NCBI RefSeq assembly: GCF_000002075.1
Contig: NW_004797306.1
Span: 289,048-353,047, forward strand
Direction of reading: 5' to 3'
DNA length: 64,000 nucleotides
Source of the DNA: Aplysia californica
Taxonomy: Eukaryota
Every line of letters begins with the position of its first letter. Positions within the stretch are counted from its first letter, which is position 1. Of the stretch, positions 41,401 to 52,256 are shown one piece after another. A program made the position numbers and the translations under genes. The notes beneath the pieces were generated by a model. The model was not told where the DNA came from and ran no database searches. It worked only from the letters and a program-made list of their open reading frames with translations.

Positions 41401-44400
41401 CCTCTGAAACCAGGTGAACCCCACCTCCTTCATTCGCAAATATCTCACTTCTATTCAAGATAAAAATGGATTTTTCTTATCCAAAGCAAGACAAATGGAC
41501 AAGTTTTAAGACGATACCAATAACTCTACATGCCCCCAAATTGACGAGCGCCTGATTTCACCGCGTCGTGACGCAGATGAATGTTTTACGTTCCCATCGG
41601 CAAAATTTAGCTTGTTAAGAGGTTCAGCCACTTTGACCCCGCCTGTCGGGGCCTGTCGGGGCCTGTCGGGGCCAACCAGGGCAGTGATGGGGGTGGGTGC
41701 ACCCAAGCAGAAAGATGAAGGTGCTAGATGGAGTATGTTCCCTCTTTTCATGAACAATGAAGAGCCTAGACCCCACATCACAGTTTCCAGTTAATAATAA
41801 TAAAAATAGATAACATTTGTATAGCGTAAATCCCCATTCAACAGCAAGCTCTATTAGCTTTACAATCTTTCAACTCTGCAAATTGTTTACTTGTTTGTTA
41901 GGGAGAAACAGCAGCCGTGCTGATGGAACACCATAAAGTGTTTTAGCCTTGGTGGGGTCCTGATGTGTAGGGTGAAGGATGAGATGGAACGTACTGCTTG
42001 GGTGATATAGCTGTCCCTTCAGTTTTATGCAAAAAAAATTATGAAATTATGAAAACTGAGCCCAAAAATGTGAAATTATGCGATTCTGTTAATTTTATCA
42101 AAGAATGATAAAGGAAAATAATAAAAAATTATGAAAAAAATGATCAAAATTTGCTAAATTATGCGGGGTGCATAAAACCCCGGGGACAGATATAGAACAT
42201 ACTACTACCCATTCTACCTCTGAGGGTTGTGCTATTGTATGACTGGAATTAGTGGGATTGGGTCTGTGTATAGTCAAAATTGTCCAAGATGGCCACCAAT
42301 TGCTGAGGAGAAAAGTGGTGGTATTAAACAAGTGCACGTCTCGGACTGTATCGTGATAACATTACCGTACTAAAACGCACTGGGGGAGTGGGAAGTGGTC
42401 ATTTGTACTGGAGATTGTTTTGGGTAGGTGGTCATTAGAATTCGAATAGGTTTAAGTTAACTGTACATGAAATTCTAGCCATCGTTCGCCAGCAAACTGT
42501 TAAAATGTCCGAAGCCCAGAAAGCAAAATTTTTCAGGAAAGAAAAAAAGAAAACGTTTTACTCTTTTAAAAATTGTAATTAAATTATGCATCTTTTTGGC
42601 ATTTTTTCCAACATTTAGAATTTGTAGTTCAACAAAATATTTCTCAAGCAATATGCAACCAATACCACAGATTACGAAGCTACAATGACATTTTTCTTCA
42701 AAATAATGAGCTTAGTACAAAATATGGTTTGTTATGATTACAACACAATTGCCTATGGTGTTTTTTCAGGTTTCTAGTTCTTTAGTAGGATAAAAATGCC
42801 TTTTTCCCGCTTTACATCCTCAATATAGGAGGTTTTGTTTTTGCGTTTAAAAAAAAAGTTATTGAGACTTTAACAACCGGCTTCTGTGGTATAGCAGTTA
42901 GACCCTTCTCTGTCATATGCAGGAGGCCTGAGTTAGATTCACAAGTGTGGGGGGAATTTTTATTGAGTATCTTGGTCTTTTGGCTGGGATGTCGTATCCC
43001 TGTAAGCCTGGGTTGGCCCTGACAAACAGGGTTGGAAGTCCTCCTCCTTAATTATGTAAATTGTGTCGGTCGGGGCATAAAAGCACCTACATTTACAAAA
43101 ATAAAAAAATTTGACACTTTTGCTCAACTCACAAGGTTGATTTAGGTAAGTAAGCATTGTTTTGTTTTCAATAGTTTTCTCATAGCAAGGAAATATGACT
43201 CGAGCAATTATGTTATGAATCTCCCACAGCAGAAGCGACAAGTCATTTTTACCTTTAAATTCTTCAAATTCTTCGATTCTCTAGGGAAATATTCTCCTCT
43301 GCTGATGTACTAGCCGTCGTCAGACATTGAAAGAAGAGCCATGCAATTATTATTATTATTATTGTTGTTGTTTTTATTATTGTTATTTTTATTATTATTA
43401 TTAATATTATTATTAATTGTGTTATGGCAGTGACCCAATGTTTTAGACAACTCTGTAGAATTTCTTTTCCTGAGGACAATAAAGTTTATCATGGTCATTT
43501 ATGTTATCATAAACAAATCGGGGGGTTGATTTCACTCTGTGTGTGACACCACCGACTTCTTTCCCTCCACCAGGTGTCCGCACTGTTGGGTCAGTACAGG
43601 TCCGTGCCACACGTCTGGGATGGAGATGTTCTAGAGCAGCAGAAGAGGTCAGTGTGTGTGTGTGTATGTGTGTGTTTGTGCGTGTGTATGTTTGTTTGTT
43701 TGCATGCTTGTATGTGTTTGTTTGTGTATGTGTGTGTTTGGAGTGTTTGTGTGTGTGTGCATGTGTATGTGTCTGGTGTGTGTTTTTGTGTGTGTGTCTT
43801 TCAGAGAGGGAGAGAACGATGGAGAGAGAGAGGGGGGGGGGTAGGTGTGGAACCATGCTTGGGCAAGATGGTGTCCCTCTCTCAAAATGAGTAACTTGTT
43901 GGGTAGGATGGCGTCCCTCTCTCAAAATGAGTAACTTGTTGGGTAGGATGGCGTCCCTCTCTCAAAATGAGTAACTTGTTGGGTAGGTTACTATAAATCA
44001 TTTATTGTAGTGATCCTATGTTATGAACCTAAAAGGTAGTGTTTAAATCCAAATAGAGAAACTTTTAAATTGAGATGTAAGATTGAGATTTGAAAGAACG
44101 GTATTTGTTTGGTCGCTGGTGTACAGGAGTGCCGTGCTCATTGACAAATTAATAGATGTGCTAGATTTTTTAAAAACATGAACAGACGGAAATGACAAGC
44201 TATTATAATGCTTCGCCAGCCCGCTGCATTTCAAGCCTAGTGGTGCACTCAGTGGTCTGGTGCCCAAGCCTTTTTACAGAGATATCTTTTAACGACTGAA
44301 GTGTTGCTAGGACAAACTTTTTTTGTGTGTGACTCAAGTTGTGCCTCATTCCTCATTTCAATCAGTATGACTGAAGTTCTGCCTCATTCCTCATTTCAAT

Positions 44401-45861
44401 CAGTATGACTCAAGTTCTGCCTCATTCCTCATTTCAATCAGTATGATCTGGGCAAGTTATTTAAGAATAGGAGCGGGGGGTGAGGGGTGGTAGAGTGCCC
44501 TGTTTAGCTCTGTGAATGTAGCTTTTGACTCTGGTGCAGATGACCTAGGTTCAAATCCCTAACTGGACACTCTTGAACTCAGATTGTTTGGGGAGTTTTC
44601 ATGGCAGTCAGCCCACTTGGCTTGGTTGGGATGTTTAGTCCTGTCTCTTAAATGTTTAGTATTCTAACTAACAATTTCTTGATAATTTTTCACAGTGAAT
44701 GACAATATGCCCTTCTGTTTAATTTACAGGTATGAAGAGATTGTGTGTGGCTTCATGAAGCTTAACCTGGACTCAGATGATCTACATGCCTTCTTGCAAG
44801 GTTTTATCCTTCCGCTTTTTGCAAAGCCAAGTACAAAATCAGGAGCTATTTCAAAAGAAGATTCAAATAAAGCTCAAAGTGGGCAGCAGAAAAACTTCTT
44901 GTCAAAGGAAAACCCTTTAGAAACATTTGCTCCCAAACCCAAACATGAGCAGGCTGTTCCCAGCAGTATCTTTCATGACAGTCCCAAGAAAGCTCCCACA
45001 TCTAAGCAGAACTGTGACTCTGTGAGGGAGGTGAGCATTGAGGAACCCAGTGTTGAAAATAAGTACTGTGCCCTATCTACACATAAAAGATCAACTGAAG
45101 AGCAAAGAGAAGGGTTGGTTGAAAAATACAAGATGCGGGAAAAGGAATCACACAAAAAGAGTTTTGTCGACTCAGTTTATCAGAAGCAAAAAGTCGTCGT
45201 CTTAGAAGAGTTTGCTAAAACTCCTGTGATAGATTTGAAAAGCAAAAGCGATCAAAAAGTACTGGAGGCTGGCATGACTAATGCCCTGTCAGAAGCTGTG
45301 AGTCACCCTTACTCGGACATTTTAGAGTCTCCGGTCATTGTTGAGGGTCCTGACGGTAAAGTGTGGAGAAGCTCAAACAGCCTTTCTCACAGGGACTCCA
45401 AGCAGAGCAGCACTTGTGGTTCCAGCACCAAAAGCCCTATCAGTTTTTACCCTGACTCAAAACTTAGTACAAGCTCGGGGGAACCTAGCGTTGATAAAAG
45501 TCCTCTCCCTTTTCGAGTGGATTCAAAGCGTAGATGCGCAAGAGATCCCTACACAAGCAGCCCTAACCCTATTCACACAGGATCTAAACAAATAAAACTC
45601 CACTCTGAGACGGGAGACAGTTCTCCCTCAGACTCCAGGAAGATTTCTGTTGGTATCAGGAGTGACAAGTGCCCAACTCTGACGGCGTTGAAACGAGAGA
45701 AGAAATCAGCGGAGACCCCTAGCTTGTACAACACCGAGGCTTCCACAGACCAGTCTGGTGGCAGTCAGAGCAGTGCCAGTGACAGGCGTAGCACGTCGGC
45801 TGACCCCAGTGCCTACTCCGATGGCCTAAGCACAGACTCCGAAAGTAGGAAACCTAGATAA
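12584..45861 (+). CDS. msh5: MutS protein homolog 5 (meiotic MutS-gamma subunit), 25 coding exons, ~1184 aa
   Basis: Exons 12584-12745, 13409-13532, 14438-14518, 15670-15747, 16217-16338, 18007-18116, 20584-20705, 22113-22158, 24117-24255, 24931-24993, 25709-25780, 26452-26508, 27164-27236, 28973-29082, 30320-30400, 31053-31098, 32260-32301, 33123-33219, 34392-34481, 36563-36689, 37675-37899, 38841-38984, 40980-41117, 43574-43647, 44730-45861. All introns are GT-AG and phase-compatible; total 3555 nt. MSH5-typical [26 protein letters not shown], Walker [24 protein letters not shown]. The start codon is the least certain part. Confidence 0.93.
13409..13532 (+). CDS. msh5: msh5 exon
   Basis: [18 protein letters not shown]...[15 protein letters not shown]; AG/GT ends. 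Confidence 0.88.
14438..14518 (+). CDS. msh5: msh5 exon
   Basis: [18 protein letters not shown]; phase 1/1. Confidence 0.85.
15670..15747 (+). CDS. msh5: msh5 exon
   Basis: ...[11 protein letters not shown]; GTAAGT donor. Confidence 0.8.
16217..16338 (+). CDS. msh5: msh5 exon
   Basis: [10 protein letters not shown]...[12 protein letters not shown]. Confidence 0.9.
17603..17945 (-). mobile_element. tRNA/CORE SINE with L2-like tail and (ATT)n end (copy 53601-53941)
   Basis: Two aligned ~340-bp copies; B-box GGTTCAAATCC. Confidence 0.75.
18007..18116 (+). CDS. msh5: msh5 exon
   Basis: [36 protein letters not shown]. Confidence 0.93.
20362..20426. repeat. (GT)n microsatellite (others near 8-28, 12340-12419, 43652-43797; (GA)n near 11260-11318, 32704-32777, 57712-57745)
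   Basis: Read directly. Confidence 0.9.
20584..20705 (+). CDS. msh5: msh5 exon
   Basis: [35 protein letters not shown]. Confidence 0.93.
22113..22158 (+). CDS. msh5: msh5 exon
   Basis: [16 protein letters not shown]. Confidence 0.9.
22562..22969 (-). mobile_element. I/Nimb-like LINE 3' fragment with (AAACT)n tail
   Basis: Copy of 368-752 preceded by AGTTAGTTTAGTTTTAG. Confidence 0.6.
23640..24075. mobile_element. ~430-bp non-autonomous DNA transposon family (copies 41140-41575 inverted, 50620-51056, 62393-62830)
   Basis: Imperfect TIRs GCGGTGGAATCAGGC / GCCTGATTTCACCAC; shared interior TGAGAGTCCGTGGAAACTGAAA. Confidence 0.75.
24117..24255 (+). CDS. msh5: msh5 exon
   Basis: [30 protein letters not shown]...KHVKFIP. 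Confidence 0.93.
24931..24993 (+). CDS. msh5: msh5 exon
   Basis: [21 protein letters not shown]. Confidence 0.9.
25709..25780 (+). CDS. msh5: msh5 exon
   Basis: [24 protein letters not shown]. Confidence 0.9.
26452..26508 (+). CDS. msh5: msh5 exon
   Basis: [19 protein letters not shown]. Confidence 0.88.
27164..27236 (+). CDS. msh5: msh5 exon
   Basis: [24 protein letters not shown]. Confidence 0.92.
28973..29082 (+). CDS. msh5: msh5 exon
   Basis: [22 protein letters not shown]...SYIPE. Confidence 0.92.
29224..29503. mobile_element. TTAA-type MITE (inverted partial copy 37923-38075)
   Basis: CTCTTTATCTCCG...CGGAGATAATGAG followed by TTAA. Confidence 0.55.
30320..30400 (+). CDS. msh5: msh5 exon
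   Basis: [10 protein letters not shown]...IEGLQFK. Confidence 0.9.
31053..31098 (+). CDS. msh5: msh5 exon
   Basis: [15 protein letters not shown]. Confidence 0.88.
32260..32301 (+). CDS. msh5: msh5 exon
   Basis: [14 protein letters not shown]. Confidence 0.88.
33123..33219 (+). CDS. msh5: msh5 exon
   Basis: [16 protein letters not shown]...TAELDC. Confidence 0.9.
34392..34481 (+). CDS. msh5: msh5 exon
   Basis: [30 protein letters not shown]. Confidence 0.9.
34543..34795 (-). mobile_element. RTE-clade LINE 3' fragment
   Basis: [21 protein letters not shown]...[15 protein letters not shown] followed by (GAT)n. Confidence 0.8.
35693..36423. mobile_element. pogo/Tigger-like non-autonomous element
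   Basis: Subterminal CACCTGTC..A.ACGGCCAC repeats at both ends; right end GGTTCGACTG-TA. Confidence 0.6.
36563..36689 (+). CDS. msh5: msh5 exon with Walker A
   Basis: [15 protein letters not shown]...[15 protein letters not shown]. Confidence 0.96.
36705..36798. repeat. (CTT)n(CCT)n microsatellite
   Basis: Read directly; it produces the spurious poly-L and poly-E ORFs. Confidence 0.9.
37675..37899 (+). CDS. msh5: msh5 exon with Walker B
   Basis: [19 protein letters not shown]...STFMQDL...[12 protein letters not shown]. Confidence 0.96.
38380..38830. repeat. Degenerate C-rich minisatellite
   Basis: Recurrent CCCC.TCC...TCTGCTAGTTTTG.TGAAACCTTCCT units. Confidence 0.7.
38841..38984 (+). CDS. 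msh5: msh5 exon
   Basis: [32 protein letters not shown]. Confidence 0.94.
39243..40531 (+). mobile_element. Internally deleted hAT-type element with CGGBP1-like transposase N-terminus
   Basis: Imperfect TIRs CAGTCTGTCCTCAGAGAAA / TTTCTCCTGGGAACAGTG, subterminal GCAACTTTTG repeats, peptide [27 protein letters not shown] at 39856-39936. Confidence 0.6.
40720..40938 (+). mobile_element. tRNA-derived SINE
   Basis: A-box TAGCCTAGTGG, GTGTCCTTTGGAAAGGCACTT core; homologous to 1639-1850. Confidence 0.7.
40980..41117 (+). CDS. msh5: msh5 exon (HTH dimerisation region)
   Basis: [46 protein letters not shown]. Confidence 0.94.
42011..42189. mobile_element. Small MITE with AAATTATG internal repeats
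   Basis: CTGTCCC...TTTTATGC / GCATAAAA...GGGACAG. Confidence 0.5.
42884..43085 (+). mobile_element. Degenerate tRNA-derived SINE (copy ~20055-20230)
   Basis: Shared TGGGTTGGCCCTGACAA.CAGGGTTGGA block in both copies. Confidence 0.5.
43574..43647 (+). CDS. msh5: msh5 exon
   Basis: [25 protein letters not shown]; phase 0/2. Confidence 0.8.
43873..43987. repeat. 40-bp minisatellite, ~3 copies
   Basis: GTCCCTCTCTCAAAATGAGTAACTTGTTGGGTAGGATGGC at 43873, 43913 and 43953. Confidence 0.9.
44330..44446. repeat. 38-bp minisatellite, 3 copies
   Basis: TGACTSAAGTTSTGCCTCATTCCTCATTTCAATCAGTA at 44330, 44368 and 44406. Confidence 0.9.
44730..45861 (+). CDS. msh5: msh5 terminal exon: conserved [22 protein letters not shown] plus long S/K/E/P-rich tail
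   Basis: Acceptor TTTACAG at 44729; 376 open codons to TAA; the first ~28 aa match the MSH5 C-terminal helix. Confidence 0.88.
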
Positions 45862-48438
45862 AGCCAGGGTTTTCTGTAGACTTTTTCTTTTGTGACTCTT
45901 GCAAGAACCTACATAAAACCCAAAGATATCTGAACCAAATTCTTTTGAATTAAGATTGGAAAAGGTGTTATCTTTCCACATTTCATAACTCTTTATTTGT
46001 AATCTACTAGAAACACTTTCTTGTAGCCTCAAACTTGTATTTCTCCAAAATAATTTGTAAAAAAATGTTTGGAACAGTATACTTGAACAATGCCCTTTTA
46101 AATCAAAATTCAGAAATAGTTCATCCTTCCATATATTTAACAACAGCTTGTTTGAGATAGGAGTTATGGTCAGGGCCTGTTTCTAATGACTTCTCAAAAT
46201 AACCTTCTGCCGACTAATTTTCTCACACTTGCAGCCACATGGAAACCTGATATCCCACTCCTTTGAAGATCAAGAATTTTAAAAATGTCATTTCAGAGTT
46301 CAAGTGATATAAAGTTATTTGGTTGATTGAAAAATATGTCAGGTGAAATAAGTTCATTAGATATATTTGTAGCTCCCTTAAGTTTTGGATGAAAATAAAA
46401 AATGGTCTCAAGGATGTTTTGTGAGACATTGGAAACATGAGGTTTTAGGTTCATGTCTCGGAATGTTTACAGTGAATGAAAGATATGTGAATACACTCCT
46501 CACTTTTGAAGTTACTATGAACTTCTTGAGATGTAGATAAAGTAAAACTGAAGCAGTATGTTGTGTTTTTAAAAGAGGACTTTCTAAAGTAGATGCCAGT
46601 TTGTTATAAAAATCTGCTACTTCTTCTATAAATGCACTATTCTGGTTTTGGTGTCATCACAGTGAAGAGTGACTTGTATTATCAATTCGAAATTTCGTGA
46701 TATAATAATTTCATCTACTTAATGTATTGATGCTGTTTTTCATGAAATATTTTTTTTTTCCATTCTTTGTAAATCTGTTTTTCACTGTTGTCAATTAAAT
46801 AGCTATTTGTACAATTGTCATGTTTTAATTGTTTGTTCTTTGGGGTTGTTATTGGATGGTGTATGTTCCTTTAATGTTGAAGTCCTTCAGTGCTCACTCA
46901 AATTTTTCCCACGTGGGAGGGAGAGCAGAGAGTACCCTTAGCAATGCAGGCCACTGGTTGCCTTTTTGGTGCGGCCTGCTCCTGTTACACACTAACTTTT
47001 TGTGTGGTGTATACAAAATGACATGTTTGAGTCGTTATGCAATACACTCTTTAATACGATGTTCAGAAAAAAAGGCCAGCAGATGCCTATTGTAGCTGTG
47101 AGTGTGAACAAGCTGGGTGAATGATACAATACTTTCCACATGAAAGCTTGCTCTAGGTGCTGATCTCACAGCTGTAGAGAATGTAATTTTTTTTTAAAAC
47201 CCATAGTTTGAGTGAGCCTTTTTAATCAGCTTTGATGAGCTCTTTAAAAAATGAGTTGCCTATATTTTCTGTGAGAAGATGAAGCACAAACTCAGTTAGG
47301 AAAAGGTTAAAAAAGATCAGAAATAATAACACAGAGAAAGAAAAATTTGAAACACAATAGCAACAAAAAATCCCCAAAACCCAACCAATAAAAACACTGA
47401 CAATGCGATAAGCTTGATAGATTTTATTATTCAATCATTTTGCATGTGTAATTTTTGGAGTATTCACGGAAAAAGAAGATGGAGGCTGCTTATGAAAACC
47501 AAAAATCAATATAATTCGCCATTATATTCACACTATTAGCATAATCATGCCTGCTCCCATAACAAGAAAAAAATAGAAAGGGGAGAATTATGTTTTCAAA
47601 TAACATTAACAGTGTCATGCTGATGTGGCACTGACATCTTGTCTGAAGGGGCAATCCAATATCCCTTCAGTCCTTTAAGTCAGAAAGCTCTGGAGAATGT
47701 AAGTGTATAATTTTTATTACAATAGGTATGTACGTGCAGTACAGTCATCATTCCTCAATCGGTAACCAGCTTTTGTCTTCTACTTCCAGAAAGTGGTTGG
47801 AAGGCGCCACTGATAGGTCCTACTTTTGTTTCCGTCTGTTGATTCTGTAAGGGGCTGAAACCAGGGGTGGGGAGGCATTGACTACAAAAAGTTCACTTTC
47901 CATTGGTCCATAGCACTCGTATTACCCACTTCAATTTTAAACAGTGGAAACATCAGGACGAAAGCAGTAATTCATTTTAAACAATAATTCATTTTTTTCG
48001 AATCTATTTCGTTACAAATATAATATATATGTGGCCTCAACTGTATCATGGGTTCAATGCTAACCAGCAATAATTCCTTTACTGGGTCAGTGTGGTTGAG
48101 TGACTGAAAGAGTTTCACTATGCATGTATGCTGCATGCAAAAGAAAGCACCATAACATCACTCAAAACTTCTAGTCTATCAGATTTCATTGAAAGGTATT
48201 CTTTCCTGTCTCTGCGTAGTGTCTTTTTATCTTTAAAATGTCTTGATATGCTAGTCATTTAAACTCAAGCAAAACTCTTTATCCCTTTGTCTTTCTTTTT
48301 TCTTTCCAGCACTTTATTACCACAACTGTTGTACTGATACGCTTCTCTTCAAATCAAAAGTCAAAGGAATACAATTCTCTAACCCTTCATTGTTTCTGTT
48401 GGTCAGTTTTGTTTCTCATTAAGTCAAACAAGCTCTGA

Positions 48439-48546
48439 TCATATTTTGCCAATGTGCTGATCCAGTGTGTTCTGAAGTCTCCGTGACAAATCCAGTATAG
48501 CCATTTTATCCCTTGTTGTATGAGCCACCTCAGTGTCAAGCTTGGA
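48439..48546 (-). CDS. Kelch gene terminal exon
   Basis: SKLDTEVAHTTRDKMAILDLSRRLQNTLDQHIGKI-stop; minus-strand AATAAA at 48313-48318. Confidence 0.6.
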   Translation of the reverse strand, partial: SKLDTEVAHTTRDKMAILDLSRRLQNTLDQHIGKI

Positions 48547-48695
48547 CTGTCAATGAAAGGAGAAGACGAGAGGAGAAAGAAAAAAATTATCACAATGATG
48601 ATGATAATAAAATACTCATAATAATAATAATAATAATAATCATCATCATCATAATCATAATGATCAAGATAATACAATGTAGTTAAATTGATTTA

Positions 48696-49987
48696 CAGTG
48701 GAAACCATATATAACAGGCCCAGTATTAACAGGGATTTTATAAAATCCCCCTTTTTTCTTACTCTTTCACTTTATCTCTATTAAAAGTTATCGGCAATAA
48801 TAGGGCCTCATCAAAGCCCAATCGGTTATAGCAGGGACAAAGGCTCATTAACAATGTGTAAAAAGTAATAGTGAGAGAGAGAGAGAGAGAGAGTAAGGCA
48901 GTGATGAAGCAAGCCCACGCAAGCCACGCCAATGCAAGCACACGCAGCGGGTGAAGCGAGAGAGGGCTGCGGTGTGCTACACACTTCGATCTAGCCCTAA
49001 GCCTAGCTACACGTACGCGTAATGTGTCTTGCGCAGGCCTGCCACATGGCCAAAACCTGTGTTCATGGGTACAGTGGAACTCGGATTCAACGAACTCGGA
49101 TTCATCGAGATAAGATAGATTCCCCGGTTTTTTTCTTCTTTAAAATCAATAAAAATAACCCGGATTCAACGAGCACTTAAATCAGAGAGCTCGGATTCAA
49201 CGAGGTTGCTTCCAGGGTGAACTGCCCCGTATACGTGGCTTCGCTCATTTTTCTCCCAGAACGAACTTTATCTGTTCCCGGAAACCATCCATTGCTTCTT
49301 CATCGTGAACCATTAGGCCTATTAACTTTGCCGATTGCATGCGACCAATCAGCGGTCTTTTTTCATACCAACACATGCGTTGTTGGCTGGCGCACGTGTC
49401 TACTCTGACGTGTCGGGGTCAGATGGGCGACTTGCACACGTGTGGCTGTGTGTGCGCAGAATAGATACAAACGCGTCACAGTCTTTTTTTCTCCCCGGCA
49501 ACTGATCATTATTACAATGATAAGCTAGTCTTGACGTAGATCTACGTAATGAATTGTGCGCTTGTCTATGGAATCAAAAGTTGCCGTATGTTTGGCTCTA
49601 CACAGCAACACAATTTTGTGGTAAACAATCGAGATGACACAGGCGTGTGCATTTGAACGAATCGTGTTTTTTTTTATACAGCTCATAATATGCAAGCATT
49701 TCAGGCACTACTTGTGACTTCTCTTTATTCATTACTTGCTCAGTGCCTGTAATTATCTAAACAAAACCTCGTGTTTGCTATAACGAACACTCGGAATACT
49801 CGGATTCAACAAGATTTGAGATCAGGCCCGGCGACCTCGTTGAATCCGAGTTCCACTAACCATGAATAAATACGGCTTGAATAGTCCACAAATGCTTACT
49901 TTCCTTGCATTTCTGATTTAACAGGGATCAGATATAACGGGAATTTTTCTCTGCTCCCACCATCCCTGTTATATTAGGTTTCCACTG
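48696..49987. mobile_element. pogo/Tigger-like MITE, outer element of a nest
   Basis: TA-CAGTGGAAACC...ATAACAGG and CCTGTTATATTAGGTTTCCACTG-TA. Confidence 0.75.
49072..49857. mobile_element. pogo/Tigger-like MITE nested in the previous one (second copy 11421-11804)
   Basis: TIR CAGTGGAACTCGGATTCAACGA / TCGTTGAATCCGAGTTCCACT; 49480-49857 aligns with 11425-11804. Confidence 0.8.
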
Positions 49988-51630
49988 TATATAGTATAAA
50001 TTCCGATGTGGGTCTAGGCACTTTATAAGGCTCGCAACCAACCAAACCAGAACTGAAAAGCTGTATCACGCTTTCAAAGACACAACCATTCACCTAATTC
50101 TATTTTACTTGCTCACTCTCTCTCTCCATCACCACATCCTCTCTTTCACTGACTTTGCCCTTTTAACCTACATACTCGCATGGAAATACTACACTGTTAC
50201 TTCTATTTGTAACTTTTAGGACATTTGGTCTGCATAGTGTAGATCATTTTGAGGCATGCTGCTTCATCCCTGCTTGGCTATTTGGGATACATCATAACAG
50301 AAACATAGACATTTCTGGATCAATATCTTCCTCCATAGGAGAATCAATCCCACAACATTTGTGTGCAAGGTACAGATGCAAAAGGGAGATTTCTTTTACG
50401 AATGACAACTGACAATTGAGATTGAAAAAAACTGTGCTATTGCTGGAGCCACTGTGTAGTATCCTGGCTTTGTTAACAAGTGACTTTAAATTTCGATTAT
50501 ATGAATAGGGCTGGTGTCTTCCAAAGGTCAGATGACTACTCAGGTAGAATTGTACTTGTACCCCTCTCAGCGCCATTTAAGTAACTGTGTTAAGAGTGAA
50601 CAGCAGCAACTGAAAAGGTGGAATCAGACGCTCGTCAATTGTTGGTCATGTGGAGTTACTGATACCATCTTAAAGCTTGTTCATTTGTCTTGATTTTGAT
50701 GAAAAAATTACCAATCTATCTTAAACAAAAATCAAGATATATGTGATTCAAGAAAATGGGGGGGGGGGGTTGTCTGGTTTCGGAAGTAAAATTAGTGAGA
50801 ATAGGCCACCAAAGCTTCGTAACTTCCATAGCTTAAGACTTAATAAGAGTCCTTGGAAACTGAAAGTTTACATTTATTGTGTCTTTAATCAAAGTTTTTC
50901 AGTAAAATTCATACAGAAATTTTTCTTCAAAATGGACATAAAAGGTGCTGAGCCAAAAAACAAAAAGTCGATAAAAACTCAAACCGGCAGAAAAATACCC
51001 GTTTCTTCAATTTCATTATTTTGACGAGTGCCTGATTTAACCACGCTGCCCCACATATGTGTTTGACAGTCACAGGTCACTTGCAATAATAGTCAGAAAA
51101 CAGTTCTTGAATATGAGACTTTAGACTACCTAAGAGGCAGGAGCTGGGAACAAACTTCCAACTTTGAAAATACAGAGCTGAGAGCTTTGAAAGCTTTGGC
51201 AAACAACAGAAGCTCAAAAAGTAAAAGTCTTGTACCTTTCAACACTGTTAGGTTATTTAAAAGGCGGTACCTCCAAATTTAACGCCTATCTCCGATTGGA
51301 CTGAGGCAATTGGGAAAATTTGTGTAAAGTGACTTGCCAAGTATACTACGTCGATCCAAGCAAAGCCTCAAAACCCCAAACCTGCAATCTCACAAGTTTT
51401 TCTTAATCCACTTGTCATAACCACCATTGCAAACCTTCTTTTCTGCTTCAGCATTTGACTGACTGGTTGGCCATGATCATTTTGATAGAAGTAATATAGC
51501 CCTGGGTCATGGATTGGCATTGACAGGTAGAGTTAGAAACCCATTTACTAAATAATTTAAATTGTCTCAATGGGGGGGGGGGGGGGGGGCGTAAAAACAC
51601 CTACGTCACAAAAAAATAATAAGATTTAAC

Positions 51631-51750
51631 GTTGAGAGTTTCCATCTGCTCAGCTCGCAGCCTTCGTCGGGCTCTCTCCACCTCTTCCTGGTGTGCGGCC
51701 CTCAAGGCTTGAGTGTGCTTCCTCTCTTTGTCGAATCTCTGGGTCATTCT
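51631..51750 (-). CDS. Kelch gene exon (coiled coil)
   Basis: RMTQRFDKERKHTQALRAAHQEEVERARRRLRAEQMETLN; weak donor GTTAAA. Confidence 0.7.
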
Positions 51751-52171
51751 CTGGCGAACAAAAACTAGATACAGTCCAGAGCAGGGACTTGAATATATAT
51801 AACTTACACATGAATATGCAAATGTTTCATAGAGGGAAACTGTTATAAGGAGCAAAATTTGACTGAAGATATTTTATGCCTTTTAAATCTATCTAACATG
51901 TACATTTCTACAACATCTGAAATAAATCAATTTCTAATACATATCAATCCTTCAAGTAAATATCAGCAGAGGTAAAACATGTAAACTAGTAAAAACAAGA
52001 AAAATTCTGGCACCCAACTCAGCATACAGTTCAGCAAAAGAAGAAAAAGCAAGCGTCAACACCCAGATTATTAGGGCTATTTTCTTAGCTTTAGTGTACT
52101 TTAAAGACAGAACCATTCCAGGAATGATAATAGGCCACATGAGTGATCTACACGACTGCTCCTAAACTCAC

Positions 52172-52256
52172 CTGCATCTCAGTCTGATAAAGTCTGTTTT
52201 GCATTTCTCTGTCATGATTGAGCAACTCACGGGCTTCTGAAACTTCCATCTTTTCT
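52172..52256 (-). CDS. Kelch gene exon (coiled coil)
   Basis: EKMEVSEARELLNHDREMQNRLYQTEMQ; GTGAGT donor. Confidence 0.72.

Noticed and set aside
43873-44446. CRISPR-like arrays (38-40 bp repeats)
   Set aside because: Head-to-tail tandem units without unique spacers, no cas genes, and a eukaryotic intron context.
12584-45861. Alternative identity as msh4, msh2 or msh6
   Set aside because: DEFGKGT, STFMx[10 protein letters not shown] and KEGLSLFG are MSH5-type, and there is no mismatch-binding domain I.
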